Part shown: positions 21,262 to 30,433 of the stretch, piece after piece
How the letters are laid out: each line of letters begins with the position of its first letter
Position numbering within the stretch: position 1 is the first letter of the stretch
Assembly (NCBI RefSeq): GCF_016446395.1
Contig: NZ_CP051168.1
Coordinates: 3,621,579 to 3,685,578 of the forward strand
DNA length: 64,000 nucleotides
Direction of reading: 5' to 3'
Source of the DNA: [Phormidium] sp. ETS-05
GTDB taxonomy: Bacteria; Cyanobacteriota; Cyanobacteriia; Cyanobacteriales; Laspinemataceae
Position numbers and translations under genes: made by a program
The notes under the pieces: generated by a model
What the model saw: the letters and a program-made list of their open reading frames with translations, nothing else
Database searches by the model: none
What the model was told of the DNA's origin: nothing

Positions 21262-23841
21262 ATGAAAGGGGTTTTAAATCAAGAGGAGTTGGCTGCGATC
21301 GCCCTCGCTTCTCGGCAAAGTTTCCTCTATGAAGAGGCACCGGACCATCTGGCGACCCTGGAAAAGGGTATCGAACAACTGCGCCAAGGGGGGGAGGAAT
21401 ACACCCCCATTATCCGAGCCGCCCATTCTTTGAAAGGGGGGGCGGGTTTGGCATCGATGCCAGAATTATCCCGTTTGGCGCATAAGTTGGAAGATTTGCT
21501 CATTGCCCTGCGATCGGGAAGAATCACCGCCAGGGACACAGCCAATCGACTTTTGTCTCAAACCCTCGATCGCATCGCTGAGCAGCTATTGGCAGCAATG
21601 GGCAACCAAGAACTGCCCGAAGGCCCCCAAAAGTTGGAAGCTACCACCGCTGCTCTGGAAGAATTTTTAGCCCAGCTACCCACCGCCACCGACGCCGAAG
21701 CCGAACCCGAACCGGTGGCATTTTCATCTTTTCAGCAACCGAGTTTCTACAAAACTGCCCTCACTGAAGATTTGGAGGAATGCTTACAGCGGTTGGAAGC
21801 GGATATCACAAGTGCTGCAGCAGTTGCCAGTTTTGTGGAAGAAGCCACCCTCTTGGGGGAAACTCTGGGTTTGACTTGGTTGCGGGATATGGCGGCGGAA
21901 ATGGAGGCTGTGTCTGGTGACACACTGCCAGAGGCGGCTATATCGGAGATTATCTCTCGCATTCGTACCAGCCGCACCGAGTTTTTAACCGGTACAACGC
22001 CATCGCCGGAAACTACGCCACCGCCGGAAATTACGCCACCGCCAGAAACATCCCCCCCACCAAGGGACGATCGGGCAGGAGAAGGGGGGGTGGGAGCCAG
22101 CCTGCCGATCTTCAATTCTCAGATTCCCCAGCGGTTTTTAAAATATCTGATTTTACAGCCACAGGCAGCACCACCACCAGGGTTGCTACAGGTGCGGGTG
22201 CCTTTGTCACGCCTGGAGGCGATGGGCGATCGAGCCGCTGAGTTACTCGCTCAATGTCAGCGGTTACAAGATACCACCAATCCAGATATCCCCGCCGCCA
22301 TTACCGCCATCCGCTCTCGCTTAGAAGCCCTCAGCGCCGATATTACCGAGCTGCGCCTGGTGCCTTTCCGGCAGATAGCCGATCGCTACCACACCCCCCT
22401 AGAAAGCCTCAAACAACAATATCACAAACAAGTTCAGCTCCAAATCGAAGGCCAAGAAAACCTCGTTGATCAAGTCATCTTAGAACAACTACAAGCCCCC
22501 CTCACCCACCTATTTCGCAACGCCTTCGACCACGGTATCGAGCTACCCGTAGAAAGAAAAGCCCTGGGTAAACCCCCGATCGCCACCATCACCCTCGCCG
22601 CCACCACCCGCCGTTCTCACCTAGAAATTACCATCACCGATGATGGACGTGGCATCGATATTGAAACTGTTTATCAACGCGCTGTCGAAAAAGGACTGAC
22701 CAATCAAGATTATCACCAACTCACCACTGCAGAAATCCTGAAATTTATCTTCACCCCCGGTTTTTCCACCGCCAAACGTGTCACCGACCTATCAGGCAGG
22801 GGCGTTGGTTTAGATGTGGTCTTATCCCAAGTTTCTCGCCTCGGCGGTTCTCTAGAGCTAGCCACCAACCCGGGCTATGGCACCAAATTTATCATCACCG
22901 TGCCCCTAACCCAGACAGTTTTGCCCCTCTACTTTTTCCAATGTGGTGGTGCCTCCCTTGCCCTCCCTGCCAGCGATATTATCGATATTCTCGATATGAG
23001 CGATACCACAGAGAGGCCAGAAGAAATTATCTGGCAAAATCAATCTATCCCTTTGTTTAATTTAACCAATATCCTGCCCTATGGCCGCCAAGCTAGACGA
23101 ATAATTAACGCATCTGCAGCCCAGAGTCCAGAAACCGGGTGTCTGTCTAGCTCTCTGCTAAAGCCCTCACCCCCAGCCCCTCTCCCACCAGGGGAGAGGG
23201 GAGAAATGTTCAGCTCCGAGGTTTTGCATAGAAAACCGGTTTCTATAATTATTGATATTGGCCAAAAAATTGGGCTATTAGTAGATAATATTAGCGCCAA
23301 ATTATCCGCTGCTGTCAAGCCTTTTGACCCCACCTTACCCGTGCCAGCGTGGGTGGAGGGTTGGACTTGGGGAAGTCGTGGGGAAGTGGTGCCGATGCTA
23401 TCGGGAGCATCTCTGGCAGAAATAATTCCTGTCTCCACTGCGCCCGCTCAAACCACTATTCTCGTGGTTGATGATTCTCCCGCTGTGCGGCGCACCCTAG
23501 AAATGGTGTTATCCGCTGCAGGTTTTGCCGTTGTCACGGGCAATGATGGTCAGGAAGGTATCGCCGCTTTGACGGAAAATGCGGCGAGATTCAGTTTAGT
23601 GATATCAGATTTAGAAATGCCTAATCTGGATGGTTTTGGCTTATTGGCCGCTATCAAAAATCATCCGATTTGGCGTCGGTTGCCGGTGGCGATGCTCACT
23701 TCCCAAAACACGCCATACCACCGCCGTCGCGCTCTGGAATTGGGTGCTGCAGTTTACCTCACTAAACCTTTTGAACCGGCGACAATTTTAGCCAGTTTGT
23801 CGGGCTTGGGATTACCAAAAATCAGTGATATTATAGCCTAA
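21262..23841 (+). CDS. CheA-like hybrid histidine kinase (HPt - kinase - CheW - receiver).
   Basis: HPt motif [28 protein letters not shown]. HATPase region [13 protein letters not shown]...[12 protein letters not shown] CheW-like segment. A C-terminal REC domain ([15 protein letters not shown]...[19 protein letters not shown]...LTKPFE). A Pro-rich linker ([16 protein letters not shown]). Confidence 0.8.
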   Translation: MKGVLNQEELAAIALASRQSFLYEEAPDHLATLEKGIEQLRQGGEEYTPIIRAAHSLKGGAGLASMPELSRLAHKLEDLLIALRSGRITARDTANRLLSQTLDRIAEQLLAAMGNQELPEGPQKLEATTAALEEFLAQLPTATDAEAEPEPVAFSSFQQPSFYKTALTEDLEECLQRLEADITSAAAVASFVEEATLLGETLGLTWLRDMAAEMEAVSGDTLPEAAISEIISRIRTSRTEFLTGTTPSPETTPPPEITPPPETSPPPRDDRAGEGGVGASLPIFNSQIPQRFLKYLILQPQAAPPPGLLQVRVPLSRLEAMGDRAAELLAQCQRLQDTTNPDIPAAITAIRSRLEALSADITELRLVPFRQIADRYHTPLESLKQQYHKQVQLQIEGQENLVDQVILEQLQAPLTHLFRNAFDHGIELPVERKALGKPPIATITLAATTRRSHLEITITDDGRGIDIETVYQRAVEKGLTNQDYHQLTTAEILKFIFTPGFSTAKRVTDLSGRGVGLDVVLSQVSRLGGSLELATNPGYGTKFIITVPLTQTVLPLYFFQCGGASLALPASDIIDILDMSDTTERPEEIIWQNQSIPLFNLTNILPYGRQARRIINASAAQSPETGCLSSSLLKPSPPAPLPPGERGEMFSSEVLHRKPVSIIIDIGQKIGLLVDNISAKLSAAVKPFDPTLPVPAWVEGWTWGSRGEVVPMLSGASLAEIIPVSTAPAQTTILVVDDSPAVRRTLEMVLSAAGFAVVTGNDGQEGIAALTENAARFSLVISDLEMPNLDGFGLLAAIKNHPIWRRLPVAMLTSQNTPYHRRRALELGAAVYLTKPFEPATILASLSGLGLPKISDIIA

Positions 23842-24423
23842 TTCGGCTACCATCCGCCGCAGCAGGGGCAAGCTCAAGCCGATAACGTTGGTATGGCAGC
23901 CTTCGATTTTTTCTACGAATAAGCCGCCGCGTCCATCAATGGCAAAGCAGCCAGCGCACTGGAGGGGTTCGCCGGTGGCAACGTATTCGGCAATTTCCCG
24001 ATCGCTTATATCGGCGAAAAATACCCGCGTCACCTGACATCTCACCACTGTTTGCCGTTTCCCCACATCGATTAAAGCATGACCTGTATAAAGTTCCCCC
24101 ACATTCTGGCGCATCAGCCGCCAGCGAGCTTCCGCCTCCGTTGAGTTCGCCGGTTTACCATGTATTTCCCCCGCCAAACTTAACACCGAATCACATCCCA
24201 ACACTAATAGGGGTTGTGGTCCTTCCTCTCCTCGCCAAACTCTGGCTGCCACACTTTCCGCCTTGCATAGAGCCAAAGTCTCCACCAACTCCACCGGGTT
24301 ATCTGACTCCACAGAAGTTTCATCAAAATCGCTATCTATAACCACCGGATGAATTCCCGCACTGATGAGCAACAACCGGCGAGCTTTCGACTTAGAACCC
24401 AAGATAAACTGACCTTTACCCAT
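23812..24423 (-). CDS. maf: Maf-like nucleoside triphosphate pyrophosphatase.
   Basis: [30 protein letters not shown]... and the length match Maf/YhdE. It overlaps the 3' end of the kinase gene by 30 nt. Confidence 0.75.
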   Translation of the reverse strand: MGKGQFILGSKSKARRLLLISAGIHPVVIDSDFDETSVESDNPVELVETLALCKAESVAARVWRGEEGPQPLLVLGCDSVLSLAGEIHGKPANSTEAEARWRLMRQNVGELYTGHALIDVGKRQTVVRCQVTRVFFADISDREIAEYVATGEPLQCAGCFAIDGRGGLFVEKIEGCHTNVIGLSLPLLRRMVAELGYNITDFW

Positions 24424-24582
24424 TTGTCCTTTGTCCTTTGTCCTTTGTCCTTTGTCCTTTGTCCTTGGTCATTTGTCCTTTGTCCTTTGTCCTTTGACAA
24501 TTGACAATTGACAATTATCAATTATCAATTATCAATTATCAATTGTCAATTGTACTTTGGGGACAAGGGACAAGGGACAAAT
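24421..24582. repeat. STRR inverted-repeat array ((TTTGTCC)n ... (CAATTGA/CAATTAT)n ... (GGACAAG)n).
   Basis: Read directly from the sequence. Confidence 0.85.
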
Positions 24583-24584
24583 GA

Positions 24585-25128
24585 CTAATTCACAGAAAAA
24601 CTTTTGACCACAGTGTTAAACTGTGCTGAGCGTTTTTGCCAGCTATTTTCCGTGGTAGATAAATTCAAGGTGAATAATTTCCCCCGGCTTACAGCCACAC
24701 TAGCTAAATTGTGCCGATGCAGGTCGTTAGCCAGCTTCACGTCATATTCAAAAATGTAGTAACTTTTATCCCCTTTTTCCAGGCTTTCGGCGCTGAGCAG
24801 TTCTGCTTCCCGTCCCGAACCCGCAGGCGCGATCGCATTTTTCGACAGCTTATAACCAACTTCTGAAGGCGTGCCCAATTCTGCCAGAGTTTTGCCATCT
24901 GGTACTTGGGAAATCACCACGCTAACATTATCCATTTGGTTGATTAAATCGTGGAATACCACATCTGGTCCCTTACCCGCATTTACCTGCGTCCAGCCAT
25001 TGGGATAAAAACTGATATCCTTTGTAGCTATCTACGTATGGCTGCAGTCCCGCCGTCGCCGAAGCCGCGCAGCTAGTAACTGTCACACTCAGCACTAATA
25101 AAATAATTGTCGCAATCCGTTTGAACAT
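24585..25128 (-). CDS. cyanoP: PsbP-like protein CyanoP (lipoprotein), with an apparent 1-nt frameshift in a T run near 25000.
   Basis: The ATG at 25128 gives MFKRIATIILLVLSVTVTSC (lipobox) ...YVDSYKGYQFL, which then shifts frame to PNGWTQVNAGKGPDVVFHDLINQMDNVSVVISQV... (PsbP fold). Confidence 0.7.
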
Positions 25129-25392
25129 TGGTATGATTTCCTTGAACATCCGAGGATGTGACCCTTTTAGCTCTCATCCCGCCATTACTAGATTCTCACA
25201 ATCTGGCGGCATTTTCCACCACAGAAACCGGTTTGCTTCTGGGAAACCGGGGTGAAAACCTCGATCTATGGTGTCTGTCCCCGTTTTTCCCCGGTTATGG
25301 TGCAGACATCAAGCCAAGGCAAGAACCTCTCAGCCTTTGATGGGGTTAAACAATAAATTAGTAATTGCCAATATGCAATATTTAAACTAGCG

Positions 25393-25776
25393 TTAGGGGA
25401 TACCGGGGAAAGATTCCACCAGTTTGATTTTAATATCGGGGAAAGAATCCACGTATTTAATCTTGAAGTCAGGAAATGAATTTACTTCCTGCCATTTGCC
25501 GCACCGATCGGGAAAGGAATCAACTAACTGCACTTTTAAATCGGGAAAAGAATCAACTTTTTCCACTTTAATATCAGGAAAGCTATTGACTATCTGAAAT
25601 TTCCCATAAAGCTGCTGGCCATTATATGAGCAGTCCTGCGGGTTAAATTTGGTTTCTGTGCGCCCCGGAGTTACGGTGAGAACCAGCACCAGAGCCAAAA
25701 CAGCACAAAACAGAAATTGTAAAGTGCGCATAGAAAGCAGCCATAATTTTATCTGCAATTTTAACCTTATGGGCAC
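25393..25776 (-). CDS. Small secreted protein with six V(D/N/E)SFPD(I/L/F)K(V/I) decapeptide repeats.
   Basis: N-terminal signal/TM LQFLFCAVLALVLVLTVTPG, then repeats VNSFPDIKVEKVDSFPDLKVQLVDSFPDRCGKWQEVNSFPDFKIKYVDSFPDIKIKLVESFPGIP. Confidence 0.45.
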   Translation of the reverse strand: MPIRLKLQIKLWLLSMRTLQFLFCAVLALVLVLTVTPGRTETKFNPQDCSYNGQQLYGKFQIVNSFPDIKVEKVDSFPDLKVQLVDSFPDRCGKWQEVNSFPDFKIKYVDSFPDIKIKLVESFPGIP

Positions 25777-26567
25777 AACCGGCGAGCGGTGCGCAAAATT
25801 TGTCCGGCGAGAATGGCGGCGCCAAAACCGTTATCGATATTGACGACGCCGATGCCCGCTGCACAGGAATTGAGCATTGTCAAGAGGGGTGCGAGCCCCT
25901 GAAAGCTGGCGCCGTAACCGATGCTGGTGGGGACGGCAATTACAGGGGCGGCAGCTAACCCGGCGACGACGCTGGGGAGGGCGCCTTCCATCCCGGCGAC
26001 GACAATCAGGACGGAGGATTGGTGGATAATATGCTGGTTGGCGAATAGGCGGTGAATGCCTGCGACGCCCACATCGGCGAGCCGCTGCACCCGAAACCCG
26101 CATAATTCGGCGGTGACGGCGGCTTCTTCGGCTACGGGGAGGTCCGCAGTGCCTGCGCAGAGGATGCCAATACTGCCGGGATGTTGGGGTTCGCAGTCGG
26201 GGAGGGCGGTGGCACAGATGCGAGCTTGGGGGTAGTAGTGCAGTTCGGGGACTTTTTCCCGGACTTGCTCGAAGACTTCTGGGGTGATGCGGGTAGCCAT
26301 GACTACGGAATGGTTGCGGCGCATGGCTTGGAAGATATGGGCGATTTGCTCTGGGGTTTTCCCTGGTCCCCAGATGACTTCGGGGAAGCCGGTGCGCAGG
26401 TGGCGGTGGTTGTCGATGCGGGCGTATATTTCGCCGGAATTGGTGGCGCTGGAATTGCCGCTGAGGGGTTCAAACGCTAGGTGTTTGAGGTTTTCTAAGG
26501 CGGCGTCAGGATGGATTTTCCCGGCGGCGACGGCGGTGAGGAGGGTTTGTAGGGATTCGGGTGTCAT
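25767..26567 (-). CDS. larB: Nickel-pincer cofactor biosynthesis protein LarB (PurE-like carboxylase family).
   Basis: C-terminal PurE-like region GILCAGTADLPVAEE...IVVAGMEGALPSVVAGLAAAPVIAVPTSIGYG. An approximately 100-aa N-terminal extension is characteristic of LarB. Confidence 0.6.
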   Translation of the reverse strand: MTPESLQTLLTAVAAGKIHPDAALENLKHLAFEPLSGNSSATNSGEIYARIDNHRHLRTGFPEVIWGPGKTPEQIAHIFQAMRRNHSVVMATRITPEVFEQVREKVPELHYYPQARICATALPDCEPQHPGSIGILCAGTADLPVAEEAAVTAELCGFRVQRLADVGVAGIHRLFANQHIIHQSSVLIVVAGMEGALPSVVAGLAAAPVIAVPTSIGYGASFQGLAPLLTMLNSCAAGIGVVNIDNGFGAAILAGQILRTARRLCP

Positions 26568-26770
26568 TGGTCATTTGTCCTTGGTCATTTGTCATTGGTC
26601 ATTGGTCATTGGTCATTGGTCATTGGTCATTTGTCCTTTGTCCTTTGTCCTTTGTCTTTTTTTATTTATACAAATGAAAAAGGACAAAGTGTGACAATTG
26701 CCCTATATCTTATACAAGTGACAAGTGACAAGGGACAAGGGACAAGGGACAAGGGACAAGGGACAAATGG
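26566..26770. repeat. STRR inverted-repeat array ((TTGGTCA)n, (TTTGTCC)n ... (GTGACAA)n, (GGGACAA)n).
   Basis: Read directly from the sequence. Confidence 0.9.
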
Positions 26771-28558
26771 TTATTCTTCGATTTTCAGCTCGTTGAGGTT
26801 CCAGAAGGCGCCACCAAGGGCGGAATATTCGATGCCTTTGACCCGATCGCGCACTGCAGCCAGAGATAGGGGATTGACCAAATGAATCACCGGCAAATGC
26901 TCCTGCACAAGCTGCTGGGTTTCATTATAAATCGCTTTGCGTTTGGTCTCGTCTAGCTCTCCGGCGCCTTTGACATACAAATCCCCTAATTTCCGCTCCC
27001 AATCAAACACCTTCCTCCCCACAAGCGGGGTTTGCCCTGGTTGTCGATCGAGGTTGAAAATGTGCAACCTGCCTTCTGGAGCCCACAGGTTCGCCCCGTT
27101 ATTCGGTTCCACGCCACCAGTAAAACCGATTAAAATGCACTCCCAATCCAGAGAATCAGATAACTTGCCCACCAAGGCATTAAAGGCGATCGGCTGGAAA
27201 TCGACTCTGATGCCGATTTTGCCTAAATCTTGCTTAATTTGCGCCCCCATCGCCTCACGAGTTTGGTTGCCTGCATTAGTATGGAGGGTGAACCGCACTA
27301 AATTACCTTGAGCATCTAGCAGCTCCTGATTCTCGTTGTATTTGAACCCAGCTTCTAAAAGCAATTGTTTTGCCTTTTCTGGATTGTAATCATACACTTT
27401 CAGCCCTTTTTCTGGGGGCAGATAATAAGGACTTTGGATGGATATGTGGGAATTTTGGGGCTCGCCTAAGCCACGAAAAGTATTGTTAATCATGGTTTGG
27501 CGGTCAATGCCATAAGCCACTGCCTGCCGGAATTTCAGATTATTAAACCAGCTTGACTTGATGGGGTCAACTACGGGCTTGTTGCTATCAGCATTTCGTC
27601 CTAGATTCAGATTGAAGGCAATAAAGGTTGTCCCCATCGCCTGACCGCCGTTGTAAATCGTGAATTTACCGCGTTTTTCTTCTCTTTTGAGCAGCTCAAA
27701 AGTTTCTGGGGAAACGCCGATGTAATCTAAATCTCCAGAGCGAAATTGGAGCAGGGAAGTATCCTGTTTTTCTACAATTTGCAAAACCACACGCTCGATA
27801 TAAGGTTGGGGATTGCCTTGGGCGTCTTGCTTCCAGTAGTGAGGGTTACGCTGGAAAACCATCCGCTGATTGGTTTGGTAGTTGGTCAAGACATATGGTC
27901 CGTTGCCCACCAGTTCTTCTAAGGGGGTATCTACTCCCCACATAGAGAGAAATTCTGGCTCGCCTTTGGAGTTCAGCTTGTCAACGGATGCGCGGAGGAT
28001 GTGGGCTGGTAAAATTTCGCTTCCGGTGGTGCGCAAAAATGGGGCAAAAGGTTCTGGGAGGGTGAATTCTATGCGTCGATCGTCCAGCATTCGCACCTTT
28101 GGTAAAGCGCGACTTTCCCCAATCCGCAGCACATCGATCGTGCTGTTGGGGATTTTGGGGTTAAAGTAAACTTCATTGTAAGTAAACACCACATCATCAG
28201 CGGTGAGGGGGGCGCCATCAGACCATTTTAGTCCTGGGCGCAGGGTAAAGGTAAATCGCAGTTTATCTGGGGAGATTTCCCAAGATTCTGCCAAGCCCGG
28301 TTCTACTTCTGCGGTGATGCCATTTTGGGTGGTTAAACCTTCAAATGTATAGCCAAATGTATTGGATTCATTGCTCAGAGGGGGGTTGAAGGTTTTCGGG
28401 TCGCTTAAGCTACTGAAAACTACTTGGGGCACGCTGGCGGCTTCGGTTTTAAACCGCGCTGGACTACAGCCGCTGCTAGCAATACTGATGAGAAATATTA
28501 GGGCGATAATCAACCCATTTTGCCAAATTTTTTTGCCGAGAAAACTATTAGATTTCAT
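26771..28558 (-). CDS. ABC transporter substrate-binding lipoprotein, family 5 (peptide/nickel, OppA/DppA-like).
   Basis: 595 aa with a lipoprotein signal (LIFLISIASSGCSP). Family-5 SBP signature regions (e.g. GLKWSDGAPLTADDVVFTY, NPHYWKQDAQGNPQPYIERVV). Confidence 0.85.
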   Translation of the reverse strand: MKSNSFLGKKIWQNGLIIALIFLISIASSGCSPARFKTEAASVPQVVFSSLSDPKTFNPPLSNESNTFGYTFEGLTTQNGITAEVEPGLAESWEISPDKLRFTFTLRPGLKWSDGAPLTADDVVFTYNEVYFNPKIPNSTIDVLRIGESRALPKVRMLDDRRIEFTLPEPFAPFLRTTGSEILPAHILRASVDKLNSKGEPEFLSMWGVDTPLEELVGNGPYVLTNYQTNQRMVFQRNPHYWKQDAQGNPQPYIERVVLQIVEKQDTSLLQFRSGDLDYIGVSPETFELLKREEKRGKFTIYNGGQAMGTTFIAFNLNLGRNADSNKPVVDPIKSSWFNNLKFRQAVAYGIDRQTMINNTFRGLGEPQNSHISIQSPYYLPPEKGLKVYDYNPEKAKQLLLEAGFKYNENQELLDAQGNLVRFTLHTNAGNQTREAMGAQIKQDLGKIGIRVDFQPIAFNALVGKLSDSLDWECILIGFTGGVEPNNGANLWAPEGRLHIFNLDRQPGQTPLVGRKVFDWERKLGDLYVKGAGELDETKRKAIYNETQQLVQEHLPVIHLVNPLSLAAVRDRVKGIEYSALGGAFWNLNELKIEE

Positions 28559-28574
28559 ACTTAATTAAATTATT

Positions 28575-28740
28575 AGTTTAAGTCCTTTGTCATTTGTCAT
28601 TTGTCCTTTGTTATTTGTCATTTGTTTTGTTATACAAGGGACAAAGGACAAGGGACAAGTGACAAATGACAATCCCCCAACCCCCTTTGAAAGGGGGGGA
28701 CTTGCGGACAAGTGACAAGTGACAAATGACAAATGACATT
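28575..28740. repeat. STRR inverted-repeat array containing a GC-clamp palindrome (28676-28702).
   Basis: Read directly from the sequence. Confidence 0.85.
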
Positions 28741-28742
28741 GC

Positions 28743-29222
28743 CTATTGGGAGACTAGGAGGGTGACGGCGTAAGCGGCGATACCTTCTTCTCGTCCTACG
28801 GGGCCTAATTTTTCGTTGGTGGTGGCTTTGATGCCGATTTGGTCGGGATTTAGTTGCAGTATATGGGCGATCGCGTCTCGCATGGCCCCGATGTGGGGTT
28901 TGAGTTTGGGACGTTCAGCCACGATTACGGAGTCGATATTTTCAATCTGCCAGTGGCGCGATCGTACCAATTGATTTACCTGAGCGAGCAACTCTAAGCT
29001 ATTCGCTCCCCGCCACCGCTCATCCGTGGGGGGGAAATAATGTCCGATATCTCCCAAGCTCAAAGCTCCGAGCATAGCATCCATAATGGCGTGTGTCAGT
29101 ACATCGGCATCGCTGTGTCCGAGTAACCCCAACTCGTGTGGGATGTTGACTCCCCCCAAAATCAAGGGACGTTCTGGGGTTAACCGATGGATGTCGTAAC
29201 CGTTGCCTATGCGAAATTTCAT
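28743..29222 (-). CDS. ispF: 2-C-methyl-D-erythritol 2,4-cyclodiphosphate synthase.
   Basis: [53 protein letters not shown] is canonical IspF. Confidence 0.9.
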   Translation of the reverse strand: MKFRIGNGYDIHRLTPERPLILGGVNIPHELGLLGHSDADVLTHAIMDAMLGALSLGDIGHYFPPTDERWRGANSLELLAQVNQLVRSRHWQIENIDSVIVAERPKLKPHIGAMRDAIAHILQLNPDQIGIKATTNEKLGPVGREEGIAAYAVTLLVSQ

Positions 29223-29463
29223 GTCATCCCCCCAGCCACTTAGAGTGGTATATTGTATCAGATTTTAGCGGTGCCAGGTGGGTTTGGCAGGGAAACACTT
29301 GATTACGGATGCGCGGAAAGTGTCATTAACCCGTAAAATGTGCGGTGTGGGGACACGGCATGGCGGCGGCGTAACTCCGGGGAAACCTTTTAGCGATCGC
29401 GCCCAATATCCTATGGACGCCGTGACCCTACGGACCTTTTTTTGATAGAGGAAGCGATACCAG

Positions 29464-29775
29464 ATGCCCGAGGCAGTTGGAGTCATTGAAACCGACGGGT
29501 TTCCGGCGGTACTTGCCGCCGCAGACGCAATGGTAAAGGCGGGTCGAGTCGCGATCGTGTATTATGGCATGGCGGAAAGTGCCCGCCTCTTGGTAGCTAT
29601 TCGCGGCCCGGTAGCGGAAGTGAGACAGGGTATGGAAGCGGGAATCGACGCTGGGGAAAAAGTCGGTAAGGGTAAAGTGATTACCCACTATATAGTTCCC
29701 AATCCGCCGCAAAATGTGGTGGCAGTCTTGCCGATCGAGTACACGAAAACTAGCGAACAATTCCGATTTACTTAA
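29464..29775 (+). CDS. ccmK3: Carboxysome shell protein CcmK (BMC-H domain), CcmK3-like.
   Basis: AVGVIETDGFPAVLAAADAMVKAGRVAIVYYG...IRGPVAEVRQGMEAG is a BMC domain. It is the first gene of the conserved ccmK3-ccmK4 pair. Confidence 0.8.
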   Translation: MPEAVGVIETDGFPAVLAAADAMVKAGRVAIVYYGMAESARLLVAIRGPVAEVRQGMEAGIDAGEKVGKGKVITHYIVPNPPQNVVAVLPIEYTKTSEQFRFT

Positions 29776-29882
29776 CTTTTAGTGCCGCCACCCCCAGCCT
29801 CAAATCATGGCAGGGGTGGGCAATTTGGCGCAGGCTTTTTGCCTGCATAGAAAATTTTATCGATTCAGGAGATTAATTCCAC

Positions 29883-30239
29883 ATGGCAGTACAGCAAGCA
29901 GTAGGGGCATTGGAAACCAAGGGTTTCCCCGGCATTCTCGCCGCCGCCGATGCAATGGTGAAAGCGGGTCGCGTTACTCTGGTGGGTTATTTGCGTGTAG
30001 GTAGTGCCCGGTTTAGCATCATCATTCGCGGTGATGTGTCGGAAGTGAAAACCTCGATGGATGCGGGGATTGCAGCGGTAGAATCGGCTTACGGTGCAAC
30101 TCTGGAATCTTGGGTGATTATTCCCCGTCCTCACGAAAACGTGGTGGCGGTTCTGCCGATCGCCTTCACCGCTGCGGTAGAAGAATACCGCGAAGCTGCA
30201 GAAGGCATCATTATGCCGGGACGCCCCCCAGTCCGCTAA
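29883..30239 (+). CDS. ccmK4: Carboxysome shell protein CcmK4-like (BMC-H).
   Basis: AVGALETKGFPGILAAADAMVKAGRVTLVGYLRVGSARFSIIIRGDVSEVKTSMDAG. Confidence 0.8.
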   Translation: MAVQQAVGALETKGFPGILAAADAMVKAGRVTLVGYLRVGSARFSIIIRGDVSEVKTSMDAGIAAVESAYGATLESWVIIPRPHENVVAVLPIAFTAAVEEYREAAEGIIMPGRPPVR

Positions 30240-30430
30240 ATTTTTGTCCTTTGTCCTTTGTCACTTGTCCCTTGTCACTTGTCACTTGTCACTTGTCACT
30301 TGTCACTTGTCCCTTGTCCCTTGTATGAGTAAGACAATAAATGTTTTTGTTTCTCACTTGTATGAAAAAACAAAGGACAAATGACAAAGGACAAATGACA
30401 AAGGACAAATGACAAATGACAATTGACAAT
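30240..30430. repeat. STRR inverted-repeat array ((CTTGTCA)n ... (GGACAAA/TGACAAA)n).
   Basis: Read directly from the sequence. Confidence 0.9.
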
Positions 30431-30433
30431 TGA

